From Eledone cirrhosa (lineage: Eukaryota): DNA of 64,000 nucleotides. Position numbers and translations under genes: made by a program. The DNA is taken from the NCBI GenBank assembly GCA_964016885.1, contig CAXHJY010001547.1, positions 62,001 to 126,000 on the forward strand, given 5' to 3'. The notes under the pieces were generated by a model that made no database searches, was not told the origin of the DNA, and worked only from the letters and a program-made list of their open reading frames with translations. Positions 1-14,197 of the stretch are shown one piece after another. Every line of letters begins with the position of its first letter. The first letter of the stretch is position 1.

Positions 1-449
1 ATATTAAATCTTTAATATTAAGGCAAATTTTAATCTTTAATTTTGATTTCTAATTTTTAATTTTAATCTAATTTTTCAACCTATCATTATAAGTATTGTA
101 ATCAAAACGTAATGAACCCTGCATTATAAATATTATTCTTCCACGTTAATCTTATTTCTTCTTTCACTTAGATATACTTACGCTGTGTATATTTCTCCTT
201 TGAAACTTATTTCTTCATTCACTTTATCTTCACTATCAATATGTATAATCGTTCTTTCTTTCCTCTTCTATCTTTCTCCTTTCTTTTTTCTTTTTTTTTT
301 CTTCCTTTTTTCTTTTTTTCTCTCTCCCTTACATATCATCTTCTTCCAACAGTTTAATTTAAATAAACCGTTATCTTTTCAACCTTTCAAACACTCATTT
401 GCATACTCATTCATAACTTTGTATTACCCTCAATAAATGTACTATCTCC

Positions 450-628
450 ACTATCCAGGAAGCTCCAATCGTTAAGGTTGTCTTTTTTTCGGGGATGTCA
501 ATATTTATTTATAAAACAAATCTGTATTTTATCTGATGAAAACGCACCATAATTTGCCCTGGTTGCCCTTGAAATATGTATAATAAAATAAATATGGTTT
601 TATAAATATAGTTTCCATTTATTAATAT

Positions 629-632
<4 letters not shown>
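450..632 (+). mobile_element. Penelope-like element pseudo-LTR 3' end abutting (TA)n
   Basis: Homologous to ~13980-14164; contains a hammerhead motif; ends directly in a TA microsatellite. Confidence 0.65.
525..590 (+). ncRNA. Type I hammerhead ribozyme (minimal stem III)
   Basis: tattttat-CTGATGA-stem II (gcacca/tggttgc, bulged)-GAAA-tatgta-TA-ataaaata; 8-bp stem I. Confidence 0.75.
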
Positions 633-683
<51 letters not shown>

Positions 684-769
684 ATATATAATCTGTGTTT
701 GTATGTAGCATGCATATTTGTGTGTATATATGTCAGTGTATCTATTTAGCATGTATAATGAATGATGGA

Positions 770-1258
770 ATGTTAGAGACAGTGATATAATACATGTGGC
801 CTTGAGTCACATGGCAACATGTTAGAGACAGTGATATAATACATGTGGCCTTGAGTCACATGGCAACATGTTAGAGACAGTGATATATTACATGTGATCT
901 TGAGTCACAGGACAACATGTTAGAGACAGTGATATATTACATGTGATCTTGAGTCACATGGCAACATGTTAAAGACAGTGATATATTACATGTGATCTTG
1001 AGCCACATGGCAACATGTTAGAGACAGTGATATATTACATGTGGCCTTGAGTCACATGGAAACATGTTAGAGACAGTGATATATTACATGTGATCTTGAG
1101 TCACATGGCAACATGTTAGAGACAGTGATATATTACATGTGGCCTTGAGTCACATGGAAACATGTTAGAGACAGTGATATATTACATGTGGTTTTGAGTT
1201 ACACGGCAACATGTTAGAGACAGTGATATATTACATGTGGTTTTGAGTTACACGGCAA
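770..1258. repeat. 49-bp minisatellite, about 10 copies
   Basis: Unit atgttagagacagtgatatattacatgtggccttgagtcacatggcaac. Confidence 0.95.
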
Positions 1259-1574
1259 GCAAGTTTAAAATGAATGAATAAATTATGATAAATATGAATG
1301 AATAAATTCTGATAAATATAAATGGATGATAAATTATGATAAATATGAATGGATGAATAAATGAATCAAATGACATAATAGTTAGAATACTGAGTTGTTG
1401 ACCATAAGGCGTTGAGCTCTATTACTGGACCAGACCTCATGTTGTGTCAGTAAGTTACTTTATTTCACATTGCTTCTGTCTACTCAGGTGGGAAACGTGT
1501 TGTGACAACACTGCTACCCAACTATCTTTCTCAAAACGACAAGTTTCCACAATAATGTTTCATCAGTCAATAAA

Positions 1575-2085
1575 TCTTCTTCTTCTTCTTCTTCTTCTTC
1601 TTCTTCTTCTTCTTCTTCTTCTTCTTCTTCTTCTTCTTCTTCTTCTTCTTCTTCTTCTTCTTCTTCTTCTTCTTCTTCTTCTTCTTCTTCTTCTTCTTCG
1701 TCGTCGAAGCAACCATCTCCTACTGATTTAGCTAGATCACCAAGAGAGACCAGCCAAGCTCATGGATGTTATCCAACCATTTTGGTCGTGGTCTACCCCT
1801 GGGTCTCCCGTTGGTTGTTTTGCCCGTAAAATCTGCCCACGGATTCTTTCCTAAGACATTCTAACCACATGTCGATAGTATTGGAGCCCTGATCACTCAA
1901 TTCAGAGAAGTAATACCTCTACCTGGAGAGACTCTCTGATCCCCGAGCAACACACTTTATCAAGTAACGTTATTCCAAAGACCCTTCGGAGGAATCACAT
2001 TTCGGCCGCTGGTATTCGCGATCGTATTCTTTCGGTCATTACCTAAGATTCATGACAATGGGTAAGGGTTGTCACAAATACCGAA
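1575..2085 (-). mobile_element. RTE-clade LINE 3' fragment with (GAA)n tail, degenerate
   Basis: Minus translation HES*VMTERIRSRIPAAEM*FLRRVFGITLLDKV...IRESLQVE resembles the RTE RT C-terminus; (CTT)n at 1575-1700 lies at its 3' end. Confidence 0.75.
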
Positions 2086-2351
2086 TTGTGAGATAGATGC
2101 TAGATATATTCACACCTCAGACAAGTCTGCTATGTAGACATAAAAATCGTTGAGCAGACCATCTAAGCTAGGTGATTTCCTCCTTGTGCTGTGTTAATTT
2201 GTTGACAGGTGATTGTGTAGAATAGTGATTCCCAGCATAGGCGGCACGCCCCACGGGGGAGTAATTTCAATATTTGAGGGGGGCATTTGAAAATGATGTT
2301 AATGAGAACAAAATTCAGGTTTTACCTTATTACTTTTACATCAAGGCAACT

Positions 2352-5300
2352 TTGGTACACATTACTGTCGGAAACACCTGTCTCACCTCCTCCATGGTAG
2401 ACATTACTGTCGGAAACTCCTGTCTCACCTCCTCCATGGTAGACATTACTGTCAGAAACTCCTGTCTCACCTCCTCCTCCATGGTAGACATTACTGTCAG
2501 AAACTCCTGTCTCACCTCCTCCTCCATGGTAGACATTACTGTTGGAAACTCCTGTCTCACCTCCTCCATGGTAGACATTACTGTCAGACACTCCTGTCTC
2601 ACCTCCTCCATGGTAGACATTACTGTCGAAAACTCCTGTCTCACCTCCTCCATGGTACACCACATTACTGTCAGAAACTCCTGTCTCACCTTCTCCATGG
2701 TAGACATTACTGTCAGAAACTCCTGTCTTACCCTCCCCCCCCCCCATGGTACACCACATTACTGTCAGACACTCCTGTCTCACCTCCTCCATGGTAGACA
2801 TTACTGTCAGAAACTCCTGTCTCATCTCCTCCATGGTAGACCACATTACTGTCAGAAACTCCTGTCTTACCCCCCCCCCCCATGGTACACCACATTACTG
2901 TCAGACACTCCTGTCTCACCTCCTCCATGGTAGACATTACTGTCAGAAACTCCTGTCTCATCTCCTCCATGGTAGACCACATTACTGTCAGACACTCCTG
3001 TCTCACCTCCTCCATGGTAGACCACATTATTGTCAGAAACTCCTGTCTCACCTCCTCCATGGTAGACATTACTGTCAGACACTCCTGTCTCACCTCCTCC
3101 ATGGTAGACCACATTACTGTCAGAAACTCCTGTCTCACCTCCTCCATGGTAGACATTACTGTCGGAAACTCCTGTCTCACCTCCTCCATGGTAGACATTA
3201 CTGTCAGAAACTCCTGTCTCACCTCCTCCATGGTGGACATTACTGTCAGACACTCCTGTCTTACCTCCTCCATGGTATACCACATTACTGTCAGAAACTC
3301 CTGTCTCACCTCCTTCTACATGGTAGACATTACTGTCAGAAACTCCTGTCTTACCTCCTCCATGGTAGACCACATTACTGTCAGAAACTCCTGTCTCACC
3401 TCCTCCATGGTAAACATTACTGTCAGAAACTCCTGTCTCATCTCCTCCATGGTAGACCACATTACTGTCAGACACTCCTGTCTCACTCCCTCCATGGTAG
3501 ACGACATAACTGTCAGAAACTCCTGTCTCATCTCCTCCATGGTAGACATTACTGTCAGAAACTCCTGTCTTACCTCCTCCATGGTAGACCACATTACTGT
3601 CAGAAACTCCTGTCTTACCTCCTCCATGGTACACTACATTACTGTCAGAAACTCCTGTCTTACCTCCTCCATGGTATACCACATTACTGTCAGAAACTCC
3701 TGTCTTACCTCCTCCATGGTATACCACATTACTGTCAGAAACTCCTGTCTTACCTCCTCTATGGTACACCACATTACTGTCAGAAACTCCTGTCTCACCT
3801 CCTCCATGGTAAACATTACTGTCAGAAAGTCCTGTCTCATCTCCTCCATGGTAGACCACATTACTGTCAGAAACTCCTGTCTTACCTCCTCCATGGTACA
3901 CTACATTACTGTCAGAAACTCCTGTCTTACCTCCTCCATGGTACACCACATTACTGTCAGAAACTCCTGTCTCATCTCCTCCATGGTATACCACATTACT
4001 GTCAGAAACTCCTGTCTTACCTCCTCCATGGTACACCACATTACTGTCAGAAACTCCTGTCTTACCTCCTCCATGGTACAACACATTACTGTCAGAAACT
4101 CCTGTCTTACCTCCTCCATGGTACACTACATTACTGTCAGAAACTCCTGTCTTACCTCCTCCATGGTAGACACATTACTGTCAGAAACTCCTGTCTCATC
4201 TCCTCCATGGTACACCACATTACTGTCAGAAACTCCTGTCTTACCTCCTCCATGGTACACCACATTACTGTCAGAAACTCCTGTCTTACCTCCTCCATGG
4301 TACACCACATTACTGTCAGAAACTCCTGTCTTACCTCCTCCATGGTACACCACATTACTGTCAGAAACTCCTGTCTTACCTCCTCCATGGTACACCACAT
4401 TACTGTCAGAAACTCCTGTCTTACCTCCTCCATGGTACACTACATTACTGTCAGAAACTCCTGTCTTACCTTCTCCATGGTACACCACATTACTGTCAGA
4501 AACTCCTGTCTTACCTCCTCCATGGTACACCACATTACTGTCAGAAACTCCTGTCTTACCTTCTCCATGGTACACCACATTACTGTCAGAAACTCCTGTC
4601 TTACCTCCTCCATGGTACACCACATTACTGTCAGAAACTCCTGTCTTACCTTCTCCATGGTACACCACATTACTGTCAGAAACTCCTGTCTTACCTTCTC
4701 CATGGTACACCACATTACTGTCAGAAACTCCTGTCTTACCTTCTCCATGGTACACCACATTACTGTCAGAAACTCCTGTCTTACCTTCTCCATGGTACAC
4801 CACATTACTGTCAGAAACTCCTGTCTTACCTTCTCCATGGTACACCACATTACTGTCAGAAACTCCTGTCTTACCTCCTCCATGGTACACCACATTACTG
4901 TCAGAAACTCCTGTCTTACCTTCTCCATGGTACACCACATTACTGTCAGAAACTCCTGTCTTACCTCCTCCATGGTACACCACATTACTGTCAGAAACTC
5001 CTGTCTTACCTTCTCCATGGTACACCACATTACTGTCAGAAACTCCTGTCTTACCTCCTCCATGGTACACCACATTACTGTCAGAAACTCCTGTCTTACC
5101 TCCTCCATGGTACACCACATTACTGTCAGAAACTCCTGTCTTACCTTCTCCATGGTACACCACATTACTGTCAGAAACTCCTGTCTTACCTCCTCCATGG
5201 TACACCACATTACTGTCAGAAACTCCTGTCTTACCTCCTCCATGGTACACTACATTACTGTCAGAAACTCCTGTCTTACCTTCTCCATGGTACACCACAT

Positions 5301-8237
5301 TACTGTCAGAAACTCCTGTCTTACCTCCTCCATGGTACACCACATTACTGTCAGAAACTCCTGTCTTACCTTCTCCATGGTACACCACATTACTGTCAGA
5401 AACTCCTGTCTTACCTTCTCCATGGTACACCACATTACTGTCAGAAACTCCTGTCTTACCTTCTCCATGGTACACCACATTACTGTCAGAAACTCCTGTC
5501 TTACCTCCTCCATGGTACACTACATTACTGTCAGAAACTCCTGTCTTACCTCCTCCATGGTACACTACATTACTGTCAGAAACTCCTGTCTTACCTCCTC
5601 CATGGTACACTACATTACTGTCAGAAACTCCTGTCTTACCTTCTCCATGGTACACCACATTACTGTCAGAAACTCCTGTCTTACCTCCTCCATGGTACAC
5701 CACATTACTGTCAGAAACTCCTGTCTTACCTCCTCCATGGTACACCACATTACTGTCAGAAACTCCTGTCTTACCTTCTCCATGGTACACCACATTACTG
5801 TCAGAAACTCCTGTCTCACCTCCTCCATGGTAGACATTACTGTCAGAAACTCCTGTCTCATCTTCTCCATGGTACACCACATTACTGTCAGACACTCCTG
5901 TCTCACCTCCTCCATGGTAGACATTACTGTCAGACACTCCTGTCTCACCTCCTCCATGGTAGACATTACTGTCAGAAACTCCTGTCTCACCTCCTCCATG
6001 GTAGACATTACTGTCAGAAACTCCTGTCTCACCTCCTCCATGGTAGACATTACTGTCAGAAACTCCTGTCTCATCTTCTCCATGGTACACCACATTACTG
6101 TCAGAAACTCCTGTCTCACCTCCTCCATGGTATACATTACTGTCAGACACTCCTGTCTCACCTCCTCCATGGTAGACATTACTGTCAGAAACTCCTGTCT
6201 CACCTCCTCCATGGTAGACATTACTGTCAGAAACTCCTGTCTCACCTCCTCCATGGTATACATTACTGTCAGACACTCCTGTCTCACCTCCTCCATGGTA
6301 GACATTACTGTCAGAAACTCCTGTCTCACCTCCTCCATGGTATACATTACTGTCAGAAACTCATGTCTTACCTCCTCCATGGTAGACCACATTACTGTCA
6401 GAAACTCCTGTCTCACCTCCTCCATGGTATACATTACTGTCAGAAACTCCTGTCTCACCTCCTCCATGGTAGACCACATTACTGTCAGAAACTCCTGTCT
6501 CACCTCCTCCATGGTATACATTACTGTCAGAAACTCCTGTCTTACCTCCTCCATGGTACACCACATTACTGTCAGAAACTCCTGTCTTACCTCCTCCATG
6601 GTAGACCACATTACTGTCAGACACTCCTGTCTCACTCCCTCCATGGTAGACGACATAACTGTCAGAAACTCCTGTCTCATCTCCTCCATGGTAGACATTG
6701 CTGTCGGAAACTCCTGCCTTACCTCCCCCTCCATGGTACACCACATTACTGTCAGAAACTCCTGTCTTACCTCCTCCATGGTAGACCACATTACTGTCAG
6801 AAACTCCTGTCTCATCTCCTCCATGGTAGACCACATTACTGTCAGAAACTCCTGTCTCATCTCCTCCATGGTAGACCACATTACTGTCAGAAACTCCTGT
6901 CTCATCTCCTCCATGGTAGACCACATTACTGTCAGAAACTCCTGTCTCATCTCCTCCATGGTAGACATTACTGTCGGAAACTCCTGTCTCACCTCCTCCA
7001 TGGTACACCACATTACTGTCAGAAACTCCTGTCTCATCTCCTCCATGGTACACCACATTACTGTCAGAAACTCCTGTCTTACCTCCTCCATGGTACACCA
7101 CATTACTGTCAGAAACTCCTGTCTTACCTCCTCCATGGTAGACCACATTACTGTCAGAAACTCCTGTCTCATCTCCTCCATGGTAGACCACATTACTGTC
7201 AGAAACTCCTGTCTCATCTCCTCCATGGTAGACCACATTACTGTCAGAAACTCCTGTCTCATCTCCTCCATGGTAGACCACATTACTGTCAGAAACTCCT
7301 GTCTCATCTCCTCCATGGTAGACATTACTGTCGGAAACTCCTGTCTCACCTCCTCCATGGTACACCACATTACTGTCAGAAACTCCTGTCTCATCTCCTC
7401 CATGGTACACCACATTACTGTCAGAAACTCCTGTCTTACCTCCTCCATGGTTCACCACATTACTGTCAGAAACTCCTGTCTTACCTCCTCCATGGTACAC
7501 CACATTACTGTCAGAAACTCCTGTCTTACCTCCTCCATGGTACACCACATTACTGTCAGAAACTCCTGTCTTACCTCCTCCATGGTAGACCACATTACTG
7601 TCAGAAACTCCTGTCTTACCTTCTCCATGGTACACTACATTACTGTCAGAAACTCCTGTCTTACCTCCTCCATGGTACACCACATAACTGTCAGAAACTC
7701 CTGTCTTACCTCCTCCATGGTATACCACATTACTGTCAGAAACTCCTGTCTTACCTCCTCCATAGTATACCACATTACTGTCAGAAACTCCTGTCTTACC
7801 TCCTCCATGGTACACCACATTACTGTCAGAAACTCCTGTCTTACCTCCTCCATGGTACACCACATTACTGTCAGAAACTCCTGTCTTACCTCCTCCATGG
7901 TACACCACATTACTGTCAGAAACTCCTGTCTTACCTCCTCCATGGTACACCACATTACTGTCAGAAACTCCTGTCTTACCTCCTCCATGGTACACCACAT
8001 TACTGTCAGAAACTCCTGTCTTACCTCCTCCATGGTACACCACATTACTGTCAGAAACTCCTGTCTTACCTCCTCCATGGTACACCACATTACTGTCAGA
8101 AACTCCTGTCTTACCTCCTCCATGGTACACCACATTACTGTCAGAAACTCCTGTCTTACCTCCTCCATGGTACACCACATTACTGTCAGAAACTCCTGTC
8201 TTACCTCCTCCATGGTACACCACATTACTGTCAGAAA
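2352..8237. repeat. 42/45-bp minisatellite, about 130 copies
   Basis: Unit cacattactgtcagaaactcctgtcttacctcctccatggtacac and a 3-bp shorter variant; explains all long ORFs here. Confidence 0.97.
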
Positions 8238-8824
8238 TATGGTAGGGTTTTTATTTACAGTTATATAAATAACATTACAAATTGTTCACAATTCTCTCAG
8301 AATGAAATGCCTGCCTCAAAAATATAGCGTTGACCCTTGTGGTGTGATGTGTGACCAATTATCACAGTTGCTGGTGGATTGATGGTTGTTTTGGTTTCCA
8401 CTTTCTCTCGCTTTAATCATACTAGCAGAAAAAGCACCCCTTGGGTGGTTTTCTGCTAGCATGTGTTGTGTGTATATTGATATACGCAAGTATATATACA
8501 TGTAGATATGATACATCAAATAAAATCGTAATTGACAATATAAACAGAAATTGAACGAAGACTGTGTTACACTGTCTTATGTAATCAGTAACGTAATCCA
8601 TGATACATTAAAAAATACGATATTATATATAAACTGCATTAGGAGAAAATTAGTGACGGAAATATATGAATGTTTATTTAAGCAATCGTTAACCGGAAGT
8701 GTTGACATTTGAACATTGTAAAGAAGTGAATCTTAAAATAAGCATCAAAATTATTTATATTTAATCAAGAATAACGAAATTTAGTCGTTAAATTATGTAA
8801 TATTCATTCATTATTTATTCAATT

Positions 8825-8922
8825 GTTGACTTTGCCTTTCATCCTTATGGGGTTGATAAAATAAAGTACCAGTAATGCACTGGGTAATTGCTGGCCTTGT
8901 GCCTAAAGTAGAAACAATTATT
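8825..8922 (+). mobile_element. tRNA-SINE 3' fragment
   Basis: gactttgcctttcatcc...gataaaataaagtaccagt...gctggccttgtgcctaaa, shared with 51938-52030 and 58890-59080. Confidence 0.75.
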
Positions 8923-9249
8923 TATTCAAAGTAATCCAACTTATTTTACAAACGAGTTAAACATATATTCTGGACACAGTCCCACACTCCTTACTTTATT
9001 ATAGTTTAGATATATCGGTGTGTTATTTTGTGAGGTTCCTAACAATAGTTGACTGTTTATTATTTCTGTTTATATTTTCGTTCTGTAATGTTATTTATAG
9101 AACTATGAATAAAAACTCAGATCACAAATGATATAGATTTGGAAGACTATAGAAAACTCCATATAAATTCTGGTTACTGCCGGTAAAAGGTGGGTATCCA
9201 ATTAGAATGTTAATCAGGTAAACACCTTAATAAACCTTAATGGAATATA

Positions 9250-10000
9250 GTTAGCACCCTGGGCTAGCTCTACAATGTGTGCCTGGCTGTTTAGCATCCT
9301 GGGCTAGCTCTACAATGTGTGTCTGGCTATTTAGCACCCTGGGCTAGCTCTACAATGTGTGTCTGGGTATTTAGTACCCTAGTCTAGCTCTACAATGTGT
9401 GTCTGGGTATTTAGTACCCTAGTCTAGCTCTATAATGTGTGTCTGGCTATTTAGCACCCTGGGTTAGCTCTACAATGTGTGTCTGGGTATTTAGTACCCT
9501 AGTCTAGCTCTACAATGTGTGTCTGGGTATTTAGCACCCTAGGTTAGCTCTACAATGTATGTCTGGGTATTTAGTACCCTGGGTTAGCTCTACAATGTGT
9601 GTCTGGGTATTTAGCACCCTGGGTTAGCTCTACAATGTGTGTCTGGGTATTTAACATCCTAGGTTAGCTCTACATTGTATGCCTTGGTATTTAGTACCCT
9701 AGTCTAGCTCTACATTATATGCCTTGGTATTTAACATCCTAGGTTAGTTCTACAATGTATGCCTTGGTATTTGGTACCCTAGTCTAGCTCTACAATGTGT
9801 GTCTGGGTATCTAGCACCCTAGGTTAGCTCTACAATGTTTACCTAGTTATCAAGCACCGTAGGCTAGCTCTACAATATGTGCCAGAGTATTTAGCACCCT
9901 AGGCTAGCTCTGCAATCTATGCCTGGGTATTTAGTACCCTAGTCTAGCTCTACAATGTTTACCTGAGTATTTAGCACTCTAAACCACCTCCACAATGTAG
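9250..10000. repeat. 40-bp minisatellite, about 19 copies
   Basis: Unit ttagcaccctgggctagctctacaatgtgtgtctgggtat. Confidence 0.92.
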
Positions 10001-10227
10001 ACTATCCAATTAGAATGTTAATCAAGTCAACACCTTAATAAACCTTAATGGAATATATTATCGTTGAACCAATGCTTCACTAATTACCAACAAATGGTGT
10101 CACTAATTAACTGAAAACATGCATCTATTCATTCTAGATAGGAACACGTGTAATCTGATCTTCAGAAATTATTTATAGATGACAAAAGGTATCTCTTCTT
10201 TGGTTTCCTACATAATTTACTTCCTAC

Positions 10228-10314
<87 letters not shown>

Positions 10315-10565
10315 GTGTGTATGAAAGATAATGTGTGATTTTTAGTACATATACAGGCTGAAGATTTAAATACTTTTTTCTGTAAATGTGTGTGTGAGCA
10401 TGTGTGTGTGTGAGCATGTGTGTGCGTGAGCATGTGTGTGTTTGTGTATGTTTGTGTATATGTGTATGTATATTTGTGTGTGTTTTCTTATTTTATGAAC
10501 AAAGTTTGAACATTTTGTAGCTGATATGTAAACTGGTTATATTTTCTCCTTTCTCCACCATCTCT

Positions 10566-10646
<81 letters not shown>

Positions 10647-10649
10647 AGG

Positions 10650-11330
10650 TCTCGAGATAAAAAAATAAGCGGTCGGCTGCTCTGTTCTCAGATGTGAGTC
10701 CGGAGACCCTGAGCGAACAACGAGGCCGGAAACAGTGAGGTGGTCGGTGGAGCGGAAATGTTGGGCGACTGGAAACGGGTTGCCGAGCCCGATTTTTCCA
10801 GAGATACTCGGCAAACCTGTCCGCTAGTCGTCAACTGGTTTGTCCAATGTAGACAGCGTCGCATGACATGTAACGGAGCCAGTAGACAAGTATGGAGGAG
10901 TCCCAGACTAGCAAGGATTGGCCGTTGGGACTACTGAGGGATGTTGGGGACGAAGTGGCATGTGTGGCACCGGGGTCGGGAGTGGGTGGGATCTGGGGAA
11001 AGAGTTGGGGGTCAATAAGAAAGGGAGCTGCAGGCGAGATTTCGGAGGTTGTATTCGCGTTTGAAGAAGGGGAAGGGTGGGAGGGGTAATACGGTAGAGG
11101 TAGAGGAGTCCGACTGAATGCGGCGGAAGAACCGGAGGATCATCCACTGGAGGGGCAAGGTGGCGGGATGGTAGGGGACGAGAGTGTGAAGTGAGGGCGC
11201 GGGGGAGAGTGGCTGGGGCCAGGAAGGTAAGGGGGCAGAGGGAAGACATGAAATAATTCTGAGCATCAAAGTCATTGATTGGACTGCAGAGGAGGCGGAA
11301 ACGGAGAAATTGAGAGAAGAGGATGAAGTG
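10650..11330 (-). pseudogene. Degenerate PLE GIY-YIG endonuclease fragment
   Basis: Minus translation SSILVYWLRYMSCDAVYIGQTS*RLADRFAE, then frameshifted PVAQHFRSTDHLTVSGL; homologous to the 55597-56178 ORF. Confidence 0.8.
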
Positions 11331-11384
11331 TTTGGTAAGAGTGGGGTGAGGTGGGGTGGCGGGGCTGGGTGGGTGTGGTGTGGT

Positions 11385-13560
11385 GGGGTGGGGTGATGTG
11401 GTGTGATGTAGTGTGGTGTAGTGTGGTGTGATGTAGTGTGGTGTAGTGTAGTGTGGTGGGGTGGTGTGATGTAGTGTAGTGTGGTGTGATGTGGTGTAGT
11501 GTGGTGTAGTGTGGTGCGGTGTAGTGTGGTGTAGTGTAGTGTGGTGGGGTGGTGTGATGTGGTGTAGTGTGGTGTAGTGTGGTGTGGTGTAGTGTAGTGT
11601 AGTGTAGTGTGGTGTGGTGTAGTGGTGTAGTGTGGTGTAGTGTGGTGTGATGTAGTGTGGTGTGATGTAGTGTGGTGTGGCGTGATGTGATGTGTGTATT
11701 TGTGGTGGGGTGGTGTAGTGTGGTGTAGTGTGGTGTGATGTGGTGTGGTGTAGTGTGGTGTGATGTAGTGTGGTGTAGTGTAGTGTGGTGGGGTGGTGTG
11801 ATGTAGTGTAGTGTGGTGTGATGTGGTGTAGTGTGGTGTAGTGTGGTGCGGTGTAGTGTGGTGTAGTGTAGTGTGGTGGGGTGGTGTGATGTGGTGTAGT
11901 GTGGTGTAGTGTGGTGTGGTGTAGTGTAGTGTAGTGTAGTGTGGTGTGGTGTAGTGGTGTAGTGTGGTGTAGTGTGGTGTGGTGTAGTGTAGTGTGGTGT
12001 AGTGTGATGTAGTGTGGTGTGATGTAGTGTGGTGTGATGTAGTGTGGTGTGGCGTGATGTGATGTGTGTATTTGTGGTGGGGTGGTGTAGTGTGGTGTAG
12101 TGTGGTGTGATGTAGTGTGATGTAGTGTGGTGTTGTGTGGCGTGGTGTAGTGTGGTGTGGTGTGGTGTAGTGTAGTGTAGTGTGGTGTAGTGTGATGTAG
12201 TGTGGTGTGATGTAGTGTGGTGTAGCGTGATGTGGTGTGTGTATTTGTGATGGGGTGGTGTGGTGTAGTGTGGTGTAGTGTAGTGTGATGTAGTGTGGTG
12301 TGATGTAGTGTGGTGTGGTGTGGTGTGATGTGGTGTGGTGTAGTGTGGTGTGGTGTGGTGTAGTGCGGTGTGGTGTAGTGTGGTGTGGTGAGGTGTAGTG
12401 TGGTGTGGTGTAGTGTGGTGTGGTGTGGCATGATCTGGTATGTGTGTGGGGTGGGTGGGTGTGGTGTAGTGTGGTGTGGTGTGGTGTAGTGTGGTGTGGT
12501 GTAGTGTGGAGTAGTGTGGTGTGGTGTAGTGTAGTGTGGTGTAGTATGGTGTAGTGTGGTGTGGTGTAGTGTGGTGTGGTGTGGTGTAATGTGGTGTGGT
12601 GGAGTGTAGTGTGGTGTGGTGTAGTGTGGTGTGGTGTAGCGTGGTGTAGTGTGATGTAGTGTAGTGTGGTGTAGTGTGGTGTAGTGTGGTGTGGTGTAGT
12701 GTGGTGTAGTGTGGTGTGGTGTAGTGTGGTGTAGTGTGGTATAGTGTGGTGTGGTGTAGTGTGGTGTAGTGTGGTGTGGTGTAGAGTGGTGTAGTGTAGT
12801 GTGGTATGGTGTGGTGTAGTGTGGTGTGGTGGAGTGTAGTGTGGTGTGGTGTAGTGTGGTGTGCTGTAGTGTGGTGTAGTGTGATGTAGTGTAGTGTGGT
12901 GTAGTGTGGTGTAGTGTGGTGTGGTGTAGTGTGGTGTAGTGTGGTGTGGTGTAGTATGGTGTAGTGTGGTGTAGTGTGGTGTGATGTAGTGTGGTGTAGT
13001 GTGGTGTAGAGGGGTGTGGTGTAGTGTGGTGTGGTGTAGTGTGGTGTGGTGTTGTGTAGTGTGGTGTTGTGTAGTGTGGTGTTGTGTAGTGTGGAGCTGT
13101 GTGGTGTGGTGTAGTGTGGTGTAGTGTGGTGTAGTGTAGTCTGGTGTAGTGTGGTGTAGTGTGGTGTAGTGTGGTGTAGTGTGGTGTAGTGTGGTGTGGT
13201 GTAGTGTAGTGTAGTGTGGTGTAGTATAGTGTGGTGTGGTGTAGTGTGGTGTAGTGTGGTATGGTGTGGTGTGGTGTGATGTAGTGTAGTGTTGTGTGGT
13301 GTAGTGTGGTGTGGTGTGGTGTAGTGTGGTGTAGTGTGGTGTGGTGTAGTGTAGTATAGTGTGGTGTGGTGTAGTGTGGTGTAGTGTGGTGTGGTGTGGT
13401 GTGGTGTGATGTAGTGTAGTGTTGTGTGGTGTGGTGTAGTGTGGTGTGGTGTGGTGTGGTGTAGTGTGGTGTAGTGTGGTGTGGTGTGGTGTAGTGTAGT
13501 GTTGTGTGGTGTGGTGTAGTGTGGTGTGGTGTGGTGTAGTGTGGTGTAGTTTGGTGTGGT
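11385..13560. repeat. (GTGTA/GTGTG)n pentamer satellite with an internal ~360-bp duplication
   Basis: Direct inspection; marker gcgtgatgtgatgtgtgtatttgtgg recurs at ~11680 and ~12053. Confidence 0.95.
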
Positions 13561-13754
13561 GAGACGGGGCGGGGTGGTGTGGGGCGGGGTGATGTCGTGT
13601 GGCGTGGTGTGGGGTGGGGTGAAATCGAGGTAGGAATTGAAGTCGGTAGGTTTTTAAATTCCTCAAACGCCTTAAATATTCCACAATACTCAAGTGAATG
13701 TAGGAATTTAGAAAACGCACATGTATGTCACATGTTTGATTATGAATACATTCA

Positions 13755-13816
<62 letters not shown>

Positions 13817-13908
13817 ATGTAGAGGTTATATTTAATTTGTTGGGATACAACAAGCAAAATATTTTTATAACTGATATAAAGCACTCAACAAATTATTGGA
13901 GTAAATAT

Positions 13909-14160
13909 ACAATATATTAGCAAATGGAAACTATATTTATAAAACCATATTTATTTCATAATACATATTTTATACATATATCCAGGAGATTCCAACCAGA
14001 ATGGTTGCATTTTTTCAGGGTATGTCAATATTTATTTATAAAACTAACCTATATTATATTTTATCTGATGAAAGTGCACCATAGTTTCCCTTGGTGGCCC
14101 TTGAAATATGTATAATGCAATAAATATGGTTTTATAAATATAGTTTCCATTTGCTAATAT

Positions 14161-14164
<4 letters not shown>
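13909..14164 (+). mobile_element. PLE pLTR fold-back fragment with partly degraded hammerhead
   Basis: 13909-13980 is the near reverse complement of 14104-14164; CTGATGA at 14065, GAAA at 14103; same family as 450-632. Confidence 0.75.

Positions 14165-14197
<33 letters not shown>

Noticed and set aside
2274-8327. ORFs up to 1840 aa
   Set aside because: Translations of a 42/45-bp minisatellite that is open in several frames on both strands; no domain or splice evidence
9101-9190. Possible small exon bounded by ag/gt
   Set aside because: Stops in all frames from the best acceptor; no partner exons found
10908-13759. His/Thr-rich ORFs of 507 and 915 aa
   Set aside because: Translation of a pentamer satellite
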